A stretch of 46,460 bases of DNA from contig JBFMAY010000032.1 of the NCBI GenBank assembly GCA_040755455.1, positions 1 to 46,460 of the forward strand, written 5' to 3'. The stretch's first letter is position 1, and each line of letters begins with the position of its first letter. The DNA comes from Thermodesulfobacteriota bacterium. GTDB lineage: Bacteria; Desulfobacterota; Desulfobulbia; Desulfobulbales; SURF-16. The notes under the pieces were generated by a model, which had not been told where the DNA came from, ran no database searches, and saw only the letters and a program-made list of their open reading frames with translations. Positions 19,820 to 28,996 of this stretch are shown here, piece by piece. A program made the translations under genes and the position numbers.

Positions 19820-19841
19820 CATTAATTGATAAGGGACGAAC

Positions 19842-20243
19842 ATGCCCGTTGTTTACAGCATAATAGCCAGCCAGAAACTGGTTTATGCCAGGCTCATCGG
19901 CACAGTCGATGCTGCCGCCCTTGCCCGGCATTTTAAGGAACTGAGCCAGGATGACCGCTACATCGCGCCAATGAAAAAACTGGTGGATTGCAGGTTTTGC
20001 GACAATTACCAGGTTTCCACGGCGGAAGAACAGAAACTGGCAAGCCTTAAAGAAGTATTCGCCGAAAAATTTCAAAATGAACGTTGCGCCATCGTGGCCC
20101 CCAGCAATCTGCTCTATGGCTCAAACCGGGCATTTCAGGAGCAGAGCTTCGATTCAGCTATCACGACAATGGTATTCAGAAATATGAATGACGCCATAAC
20201 ATGGCTGCAAATTGATATAAGCGAGGTTGATCTGGACAGATAA
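19842..20243 (+). CDS. Hypothetical protein with STAS/SEC14 (SpoIIAA-like) fold
   Basis: 133 aa with LVDCR, CAIVAP..LLYG..R and VFRNMNDAITWL patterns typical of this family. Confidence 0.65.
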   Translation: MPVVYSIIASQKLVYARLIGTVDAAALARHFKELSQDDRYIAPMKKLVDCRFCDNYQVSTAEEQKLASLKEVFAEKFQNERCAIVAPSNLLYGSNRAFQEQSFDSAITTMVFRNMNDAITWLQIDISEVDLDR

Positions 20244-20588
20244 GTAATAAGCCCATTCTCTCTTTCAGCCTCCATGCCCCCGGCGGCATAATCCGAAAAA
20301 ATTCCGCACTCCAGCCGACTACAGCGGCATCCACGCCGGCATCAGCGTCTAGCAACCTGAACGCCCATTCAATATCTTCATGTGCGTATTGTTCATGTTG
20401 TGCAATAAAAAAAATTCCACGAAAAAATCTAACTCTTCCAGACAGTTATAAATATGATACAAAAAGAATTACAATTTATTTATTGACATAAAAATAAGGA
20501 GTTAGTATTTCATGAGTATAACTACCTACCATGGCGCATTTTTATTATTAGAAAACTTTTATGCATAATTCGCACAAGAGGCTCAAAA

Positions 20589-21113
20589 ATGCAAAAACTA
20601 GAACAATCTCCTTCCGCTGTTGTTTTTGGATGTGGCAACCCCCTGATCGGAGATGACGGATTCGGTCCTGCGGTCGTTGAGCAGTTACTGCAGCGCAAAA
20701 GACACCTGCCGCTCGGGGTGAGTGTCGCCGATGTGGGTACCGGAGTCCGCGAATACCTCTTCGACTACCTCCTTTCGGAAAAAGAAAGGCCGCGGCATCT
20801 GATCATTGTCGATGCCATAGACCGGGATGACAAAAAGCCCGGAGAGGTCTTTGAAATCGACCCATCATCCGTTCCTGCAAAAAAACTCCATGATTTTTCT
20901 CTTCATCAGTTTCCAACCGTGAATATGCTGCAGGAACTGCAGCAGTTCACCGAGATGAAAGTGACGATATTGGTGGCGCAGGTTGCATCCCTGCCGCAAG
21001 AGGTTTACCAGGGTCTTTCCCCGGCAATGGCAGCGGCCGTTCCCAAAGCCTGTCAGAAAATAATGGATATTCTATCCACAACACAAAGCGAGGTGACCGT
21101 CCATGATGTATGA
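20589..21113 (+). CDS. Hydrogenase maturation endopeptidase
   Basis: GCGNPLIGDDGFGP, DVGT, IIVDAID, SLHQ motifs; first gene of the hydrogenase operon. Confidence 0.9.
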   Translation: MQKLEQSPSAVVFGCGNPLIGDDGFGPAVVEQLLQRKRHLPLGVSVADVGTGVREYLFDYLLSEKERPRHLIIVDAIDRDDKKPGEVFEIDPSSVPAKKLHDFSLHQFPTVNMLQELQQFTEMKVTILVAQVASLPQEVYQGLSPAMAAAVPKACQKIMDILSTTQSEVTVHDV

Positions 21114-22560
21114 GTTCAAAGTTGCTGATCTGGCGGAGGAGTTTGGTGTCCACCGAAACACCATTCGCAATTGGATTAACTCGGGAACCTTGCCTGCGCA
21201 GGAGGGGCCGGGCAAGCGTTATGCAATGAAGGTGTCAGATTATGTAGCCTTATGTGATAAGTTCGGCATTATTCCGAAAGTCAACATGGAAATGGCGGTT
21301 GAAATCGAGGAGCTGAAAACGATCACCGCCGCCAAGACCGGCCAACCCGTCATCCAACTGGGTGCAAAGGCCAATACCCTTTATTCCGACCCTTCCTGGG
21401 GTGATATCTGTCTGACCTGCGGCACATGCGCCAGCGCCTGCCCCATCGCCGGGGTGAACGGCCTTGATCCGCGCAAGGTGGTGCGCATGGCGGTTTTAGG
21501 GCTGGAAGAAGAGTTGATTGAAAGCAGCTGGCCATGGAAATGCACCATGTGCGGCAAATGCGAAGAGGCCTGCCCCATGAACGTGGAGATTGTCCAGCTC
21601 ATGCGCCGCCTTCGCTCAAGGCGGCCGAGAAATCTGGTGCCCGGCCCCATCCACAAGGGTGTCGCCATGTGCCTGGAACGCGGTAACAATCTCGGCATCC
21701 CGAAAGATGATTTTGCCTTTCTGCTGCAGGACCTCGGGGAAGAACTGGCCGAGGAATCATGCCCCGGTTTCAGGACACCGGTGGAGGTGCGAGGCCAAAG
21801 ACTGCTGGTTACCATTAACTCCAAAGAGCCGTTCGCCGAACCCGACGACATGAAATGGTGGTGGAAAATCTTCTATGCCGCCAATGAATCCTGGACTGTC
21901 TCCGCCGAAAACTGGGAGGGCGTCAACTGGGGCCTCTTCTCCGGTGACGACGATGCCATGAAGACCATTGTCGGCCGTATTGTCGACAACCTGGAGAGGC
22001 TGCACTGCGAGGCCTTGCTTTTGCCCGAATGAGGCCACGCCTATTACGCAACCCGGTCCGGGTTGAACAAATGGTTCCCTGAAGTACTCAAGAAAATCAA
22101 AATTTATTCCGTATTTGATCTGCTGCTTGAATACATGCGGGAAAACCGCATTACCCTTGATAATACTATCCATACCAAGCTCACCACCTACCACGACCCG
22201 TGCAATTATGGCCGTAAATCCCTGAAAGCCTTCGGGCACGGTTATTTCGAGGAAGGCAGAATTATCACGAGGGCCTGCTGTCCCTCCTACGTCGATATGG
22301 AGCCCAACCGCAACAGCAATTACTGCTGCGGCGCGGGAGGAGGCGCCTGGGCCATGCCCTATTCCCCGGAGAGGGTCTTCTACGGCCGCATCAAGGCCCG
22401 GCAGATCCAGGAGTGCGGGGCGAAAATGGTCATAGCCCCCTGCCATAACTGCCGAGACCAGCTGAAAAAGTCCCTCAACAAGGAATTTGATCTCGGCATT
22501 GAGGTGAAATACCTCTGGGAACTCGTTTCAGACTCAGTGGTGCTTCCCACTCAGAAATAA
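21103..22560 (+). CDS. Excisionase/MerR-like HTH fused to an HdrD-like Fe-S/CCG protein; selenoprotein with Sec at TGA 22030-22032, 485 aa
   Basis: N-terminal FKVADLAEEFGVHRNTIRNWINSGTLPA; two CxxCxxCxxxCP; in-frame PE-U-GHAYY; HDPC, CCGAGGG, CHNC; SECIS-like hairpin. Confidence 0.88.
22049..22065 (+). promoter_or_regulatory. Candidate bacterial SECIS
   Basis: CAACCC-GGTCC-GGGTTG with the loop 22 nt after the TGA; the stem is identical to that of the paralogue at 10608. Confidence 0.8.
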
Positions 22561-22605
22561 CAAAGACCTCTTCTCTCACTATCCTATGTAAAGGAGGAAT
22601 AAACC

Positions 22606-25600
22606 GTGTCAAGAGAGCAAACAATAGGATCGGTAATGGTTGTCGGCGGCGGTATCGCGGGTATGCAGGCGGCCCTGGACCTCGCCAACTCAGGCTACTA
22701 TGTCTATCTGCTGGAACGCAGCGGCGCCATCGGCGGCGCCATGGCACAGCTGGATAAGACCTTTCCCACCAATGACTGTTCGATGTGAATTATCGCGCCA
22801 AAATTGGTTGAGTGCGGTCGGCACTTAAATATTCAGTTGATGACCTTAAGCGAGGTCACGGCAGTTAGCGGCAGCGAAGGCGATTTTACCGTATCGGTAA
22901 AGGAACATCCCCGTTACGTGGACATGAGCAAATGTATTGCCTGCGGTGAATGCGCCACGAAATGTCCCAAAAAAGTAAATGATGCCTACAACGCCTTGAC
23001 TAAAAAACGAAAGGCGATCTACGTCAAATATTCCCAGGCGGTGCCCCTTAAATACCAGATCGATGCGGAGCAGTGTATTTATATGCAGAAACCGGGCAAA
23101 TGCGGTTTCTGCGCCAAGGTGTGCCCGGCTGGCGCCATCAATTTCGAGGATACCGAGAAACATCATGAAATCCACGTGGGCTCCCTTATTCTTGCCCCCG
23201 GATTTCAGCCCTTTGATCCCACGGATGCCGGCATCTGGGGCTACGGCACCCTGCCCAACGTCATCACCTCCATGCAGCTTGAGCGCTACTGTTCGGCCAC
23301 CGGGCCGACCGAGGGACATCTCATCCGCCCCTCCGACGGCAAGCCGGCCAGGAAAATAGCCTTCCTGCAGTGTGTCGGCAGCCGTGATGAAAACAAGTGC
23401 GGCAACAGCTACTGTTCCTCGGTCTGCTGCATGTACGCCATCAAAGAGGCTGTCATTGCCAAGGACCATATCCCCGGACTGCAGACCACGATCTTTTTCA
23501 TGGATATGCGTACCCACGGCAAGGATTTCGACCGTTACTACCAGCGGGCTAAATCAGAATCCGGCGTCCGCTTCGTCAGATGCCGGGTGCATGGCATTGA
23601 GCCCCACGGCAAGGATGGCGACCTGCGCCTGCATTATATTAATGAGGAAGGCCGCCAGGTAGAAGAATATTATGACATGGTGGTCCTGTCAGTGGGTCTG
23701 CAGACGCCGAAAACTGTCGTCAGCCTGGCCAGGGATATTGGCATCCAGCTCACCAGCGGTAATTTCGCCGCCACCTCAAACTTCATGCCGGTTCTGACCT
23801 CCAAACCCGGCATCTTCACCTGCGGCGCCTTTGCCGGACCCAAGGATATCCCGCAATCGGTCATCGAAGGCTCGGCAGCCGCGGCCGGTGCGGCCAACCT
23901 GCTGGCCACGGCCCGCAACACCCTGACCCGGGACAAAACCTTTCCCCAGGAACGGGATATCTCCTGCGAGGAGCCGAAAATCGGCGTCTTTGTCTGCCAC
24001 TGCGGTTCCAATATCGCCGGCGTCGTCGATGTGGCATCCGTAGCGGATTACGCCGCTACCCTGCCGGGGGTCGCCCATGTGGAACGCAACCTCTTCACCT
24101 GCTCCCAGGACACCCAGGATCTCATGGTGAACCTGATCAAGACAAAGGGCCTGAACCGGGTTGTGGTGGCGGCCTGCACGCCCCGCACCCACGAGACGCT
24201 GTTCCGGGAAACACTGAAGGCGGCGGGCATCAATGAATATCTCTTTGAAATGGCCAACATCCGCAACCAGAATTCCTGGGTGCATGCCAATGAACCGGCC
24301 AAGGCCACCAGCAAGGCCAAGGATCTGATCCGCATGGCCGTGGCCAAGGTATCGCCCCAGTTTGCCCTGCACCAGCTTTCCGTGCCGGTCACCCGGACAG
24401 CGCTGGTTATCGGCGGCGGCCTGGCCGGCATGACGGCGGCGCTCAACCTGGCAGACCAGGGTTTTCCGGTTCATCTTGTGGAAAAAAGCGACCAGCTCGG
24501 CGGCTTTGCCCGCATGCTGGACTACACCTGGAAAGGTGACGAGATCAAACCCCAGCTGGCCAACATGACCGCCCGCATCGAGAACCACTACAATATCACC
24601 CTGCATCTGCAATGCGAGGTGAAAGAGGTTGAGGGCTATGTCGGCAATTTCCGCACCACGGTGCAGAACAAGGCTGGCCGCAAGACCGTTATCGAACACG
24701 GCGCAGGCATTGTCGCCACCGGCGGCAAACGCTTCCGTCCCCTGAAGGAATACGGCTACGGTGAAATCAAGGGTGTCTACACCGGCATTGAATTCGATAC
24801 GCTGCGCAAGGCAGGCGACGTCAATGTCAGAGAGGGAAAAACCTTTGTCTTCATTCAATGTGTCGGCTCCCGCCAGAAAGACAGGCCATATTGCTCCAAG
24901 GTGTGCTGCACCCATTCCGTCCAGTCAGCCATCAGGCTGAAAAAGGAGGATGCCACCCGTAAGGTTTACATCCTGTATCGGGATATGCGCACCTATGGCG
25001 AGCGGGAGCTTCTCTATAAAGAGGCCAGGCAGCTGGGCGTTATTTTTGTCAACTATGAGCTGCACGGCAAACCGCTGGTCAAGCATGACATGGCCGGCAT
25101 CCAGGTGGAGGTGTGGGATCATGTTCTGCACCAACCCCTGTTTATCGATGCCGACGTGGTTATTCTGGCGGAAGCAATTCTTGCCAACCCCGCCGCCAAG
25201 AAGCTTGCCCAGCTTTTCAAGATTCCCGTGGATGGCGACGGCTTCTTCCAGGAGGCCCACGCCAAACTGCGGCCGGTGGATTTTGTCACCGATGGCATGT
25301 TTGTCGCAGGTCTGGCCCATTACCCCAAACCGGTGGAAGAGTCCATTGCCCAGGCCATGGCCGCCGCCGCGCGGGCAGCTACCCTGCTCTCCAAGGAATC
25401 GATTACCCTTGAGGCCATCAAGGCCACCGTGGTTGAGGATAACTGCGACGGCTGCGCCCTCTGTCTGGATGTCTGTCCCTATTCTGCCATCAGCCTGACG
25501 GAGAGCACGGATGCTGAAGGCAGAATCTCCCGCCGCATCGCCATTAACAAGGCCCAGTGCAAGGGATGCGGGCTTTGCCAGGGCACCTGTCCGAAACGGG

Positions 25601-25668
25601 GTGTCTTTGTTGCCGGTTTCACCCTTGAGCAGATTAATAAACAGGTCGCAGCCGCCCTGGCGGTCTAA
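22606..25668 (+). CDS. hdrA: Heterodisulfide reductase subunit A family protein, long type; selenoprotein with Sec at TGA 22786-22788, 1020 aa
   Basis: FPTNDCSM-U-IIAPKLVECGRH aligns with FPTNDCSA-C-ILSPKLVECGRH of the hdrA at 11208. The frame is continuous, and the GTG start has an AAGGAGGA SD. Confidence 0.93.
22808..22828 (+). promoter_or_regulatory. Candidate bacterial SECIS
   Basis: TTGAGTGC-GGTCG-GCACTTAA 8-bp stem (one G-U pair), with the loop 27 nt after the TGA. Confidence 0.78.
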
Positions 25669-25734
25669 TCAGGGTGAGGATATGCAATTTGCTAAAATTT
25701 TACATCATGCGATCATGGTAATAAGGAGTTAATC

Positions 25735-26154
25735 ATGAGTTATGAACCAAAAATAATTGCCTTTTGCTGCAACTGGTGTTCTTACGCCGCGGCAGACCTG
25801 GCCGGGATATCCCGCATGGAGTATCCGAGCAATATCCGTATTATCCGGGTAATGTGCTCGGGCATGGTTCATCCGGAAACGGTGGTGCAGGCCTTTAATC
25901 TGGGGGCCGACGGCATCATGGTCCTCGGCTGACACCTTGGTGAATGTCATTACCTGGATGGTAATTATAAGGCTATGGCCCGCTCGGAGATGATCACCAC
26001 CCTGCTGGATGATTTCGGCATTAATCCGCAGCGGTTTCAAATAACCTGGGTATCGTCGGCAGAACCGGACAAATTCGTTGCAGCGGTTAAGCAAGTGACG
26101 GAACGAGTCAGACAGCTCGGCCCACACAAAAGCGAAGCTGCGCATGCAGCGTAA
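25735..26154 (+). CDS. mvhD: MvhD [2Fe-2S] subunit; selenoprotein with Sec at TGA 25930-25932, 139 aa
   Basis: [16 protein letters not shown], then VLG-U-HLGECHY aligned with VSG-C-HPGDCHY of FlxD. Readthrough continues to WVSSAE and the TAA at 26152-26154. Confidence 0.92.
25949..25965 (+). promoter_or_regulatory. Candidate bacterial SECIS
   Basis: ATTACC-TGGAT-GGTAAT with the loop 22 nt after the TGA. Confidence 0.8.
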
Positions 26155-26168
26155 CAAAGGAGGTTGAT

Positions 26169-27092
26169 ATGGCTGTTCGAATTGCGGAAGAATGGCTGCA
26201 CTCGTGTTCCGGCTGTGAAGTTGCCATACTCAACATCGGTGAACCCCTTGTTGAGTTGCTGTCGGCCCTTGAGTTCGTCCATATTCCCGTGCTCATGGAT
26301 CACAAGTATTATGGCCAGATCGGCGACAAAAAAGAACTTGAGATCCCTGAAGCGGATGTCGGCATTGTTTCCGGCGGTGTTGCCAATGAAGAGCATATGG
26401 AGGTGCTTGAGGAGATGCGCAAAAAATGCAAGATCCTCATTGCCCTGGGCACCTGCGCCACCCACGGCGGCCTGCCCGCCCTGCTTAATAGCTGGGATGT
26501 CAAGGAAGCCCATAAGCAGATATACAAAACCAGCACCACCGATTCCTGCACGGTACCTGACCAGAAGGTGCCGAAACCCCTTGATCGGGTTTATGCAGTG
26601 GATGAAAAGGTCAAGGTCGATCTGATGATTCCTGGTTGTCCGCCCAACTCGCAGCATATTGCCGGGGCGATTGTCGCCCTGCTCAACGGCGAAGAGGTCA
26701 AGCTGCCGACCAAAAGCGTATGCGACACCTGTCCCACCGAGAGGAAAGGCAAAGGCGATGTCAAGAAGGTTAAACGTTTTCTGGAAAACGCCGCCTATAT
26801 CGCCGAGGAACCCATCGATAAAATGCGCTGCCTGCTTGAGCAGGGATTCATGTGCATGGGACCGGTGACCGCAGCCGGCTGCGCCAAGCGTGGAGCACCG
26901 AGCTGCATTATCGCCCGGGTGCCCTGCCGGGGCTGTTTCGGTCCTGTCAGAAAGGACGGCAACCAGATGCTTGACATGATGAACGCCCTGGCCAGCAACG
27001 GCATTGATTTCAAATCCGTCATCGACCGCAAAAACTTGTTGCGATTCTCTGGCGCCCACGGCCTGCTCAAACAGCAGCGGCCAACAGAGTAA
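26169..27092 (+). CDS. mvhG: F420-non-reducing (Mvh-type) hydrogenase small subunit
   Basis: CSGC, GTCATHGG, PGCPP, CDTCP, CLLEQGFMCMGP, CRGCFGP; no Tat signal. Confidence 0.9.
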   Translation: MAVRIAEEWLHSCSGCEVAILNIGEPLVELLSALEFVHIPVLMDHKYYGQIGDKKELEIPEADVGIVSGGVANEEHMEVLEEMRKKCKILIALGTCATHGGLPALLNSWDVKEAHKQIYKTSTTDSCTVPDQKVPKPLDRVYAVDEKVKVDLMIPGCPPNSQHIAGAIVALLNGEEVKLPTKSVCDTCPTERKGKGDVKKVKRFLENAAYIAEEPIDKMRCLLEQGFMCMGPVTAAGCAKRGAPSCIIARVPCRGCFGPVRKDGNQMLDMMNALASNGIDFKSVIDRKNLLRFSGAHGLLKQQRPTE

Positions 27093-27103
27093 AGGAGACA
27101 AAA

Positions 27104-28555
27104 ATGGGAAAAGTAATAAATATCCAGCCGGTTACCCGTATCGAGGGCCATGCGAGCATTGCCATTGAACTCGACGATAACGGCAACGTCAAAGACACGA
27201 AACTGCATCTCATGTCGCTGCGGGGATTTGAGAAATTCATTGAAGGACGGCCCGCAGAGGAGGTACCCCGCATCGTCAACCGCATCTGCGGCATCTGTCC
27301 GTGGATGCACCATCTGGCCTCGGTCAAGGCGGTGGACGCCTGTTTCGGGGTCACCCCGACCCCGACCGGCCATAAGCTGCGCGAACTCTGCCAGGTGATG
27401 GCCCATATCAACGATAAGATTCTGCACTTCTTTTTCCTGGCTGCGCCCGATTTTGTCATTGGTCCGGACAGCGATTATTCGGTGCGTAATGTTATCGGCA
27501 TCGTCAAGGCGGCGCCGGAGCTCGCCCAGCAGGTGGTCAAGATGCGACAGCTCGGCCAGATGATGCTGGAGCGTTTTGCCGGCAAGGCGATTCATCCCAT
27601 TGCCGGCGTCACCGGCGGCTTTGCCAAACCCATGACCGAACTGGAGCGTGTCGGCCTGCTCAGGGACACGGAGACATTGCTTGATTTTGCCACCTACGCC
27701 CTGGATTTTGCCAAGAACAATGTCTTTAACAAGTATCTGGACGTCATTGCCAAACTGGGCACGATCAATACCGGTTTTCTCGGCACCGTGGACGACAACG
27801 GCGCGCTCAGGATCTATGACGGCAAGCTGCGGCTCATGAAGCCGAACGGCGAGTACGTCGACTTCCCCTATTCCGAATACACCAACTACCTTGCCGAGCA
27901 TGTGGAGCCATGGGCCTACGCCAAAATGCCCTATGCCAAGTCCTGGGAGGAGGGATTCTCCATGGATCTCGAGCAACCCAAAGGAATTTACCGGGCCAAT
28001 ACCCTGGCCCGGCTCAATGTGGCTGATCACATCGCCACCCCCAGGGCCCAGGCAGCACTTGAAGAGTTCCGGGAGAAATTCGGCAGACCGGCCCAGTACA
28101 CCCTGCTCTACCACTGGGCCCGCTTGATCGAGCTGATTTACGCCTGTGAACGGACCATCGAGCTGTTGCAGGACAAATCCATCACCGATCTCAACATCAG
28201 GGCTAAGGTGGAACCTAAGGCCGGCCGGGGGGTCGGCTGCGTGGAAGCCCCCCGCGGTTCTCTTATTCATGACTACACCACCGATGACAACGGCTGCATT
28301 GTCAGCGCCAATCTGATCGTGGGCACCACCCACAATATCGCGCCCATGAATATGAGCGTCAAACAGGCGGCCACCATGCTCATCAAAGACGGCACCTACG
28401 ACCAGGGCCTGCTCAACAAGGTGGAAATGGCGGTGCGCGCCTACGACCCCTGAATTTCCTGCGCCACGCACCACCTGGATGGTGGTATGCCTTTGACCGT
28501 ATCCGTCATTGATGCCCAGGGAAAAGAAATTGACGTTCTGACCAATGTGGAATAA
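27104..28555 (+). CDS. mvhA: Mvh-type hydrogenase large subunit, predicted [NiFeSe], with Sec at TGA 28451-28453, 483 aa
   Basis: TRIEGH, L1 motif RICGICP, EAPRG. The L2 motif is completed only by readthrough: AYDP-U-ISCATH, followed by a 27-aa extension and TAA at 28553-28555. Confidence 0.93.
28470..28486 (+). promoter_or_regulatory. Candidate bacterial SECIS
   Basis: ACCACC-TGGAT-GGTGGT with the loop 22 nt after the TGA; shares the ACC-TGGAT-GGT core with mvhD. Confidence 0.8.
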
Positions 28556-28582
28556 TGAACGTCACAGTTCCTTCGCAAACGG

Positions 28583-28941
28583 AATGATACATAAATAATA
28601 TAAGGAGGACTTGGTGATGACTGATACGAGCCAGAAGAAGAGACATCAAATTCGTGTCACCAGGACGGACAGCGCCTGCGGCTATGTGGGCCACATGACT
28701 GTTGATGAGCTGAAAAGGATTACCGTGGGCAATGATTTCGATGCCGCCTGTCCCACCTGCGGCCAGATTCATCTGACCCGCGAAGAGATAGAGGAAATTG
28801 AAAGCCAGAAGGTCACCGACAGCAAGGAGTACAAGGAAACAACCAGGGAAGCCGAGGCATAACTGAGTTTATGTCTTGCGTGGCTGTTTCACATGGGTGC
28901 TGTTCGATGCACCTCATGCAGTAAACGGGAAAAGGGGGTAT
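28583..28941 (+). repeat. Direct repeat, copy 1 (359 bp)
   Basis: Matches 31551..31909 at offset 2968, with about six substitutions counted by eye. Confidence 0.95.
28617..28862 (+). CDS. Small acidic protein with a putative metal-binding motif, copy 1 (81 aa)
   Basis: Strong AAGGAGGA SD; DSACG...H...CPTCGQIH; followed by a terminator. Two of the three coding differences from copy 2 are synonymous. Confidence 0.75.
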   Translation: MTDTSQKKRHQIRVTRTDSACGYVGHMTVDELKRITVGNDFDAACPTCGQIHLTREEIEEIESQKVTDSKEYKETTREAEA

Positions 28942-28958
28942 TATCCCCCTTTTCCCGT
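28925..28958. terminator. 14-bp perfect hairpin, probable bidirectional terminator
   Basis: ACGGGAAAAGGGGG-tattat-CCCCCTTTTCCCGT between convergent genes. Confidence 0.8.
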
Positions 28959-28996
28959 ATTTCATCCACCTGCTTGATTCTCAGCAGTTTGCCTGA

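Noticed and set aside
20483..20511. Sigma70 promoter (TTGACA) for the hydrogenase operon
   Set aside because: The -35 is perfect but there is no convincing -10 at 16-18 nt, so it is too weak to call.
9881..28453. Reading the five TGA-interrupted genes as pseudogenes or separate short ORFs
   Set aside because: Every break is TGA, in frame, at a motif Cys and followed by a similar hairpin. Random nonsense decay would not give that pattern.
16409..28474. Long antisense ORFs (for example 16409..17938, 23776..24915, 26795..28474)
   Set aside because: They are shadow frames of GC-rich genes with clear motifs on the other strand, and have no motifs of their own.
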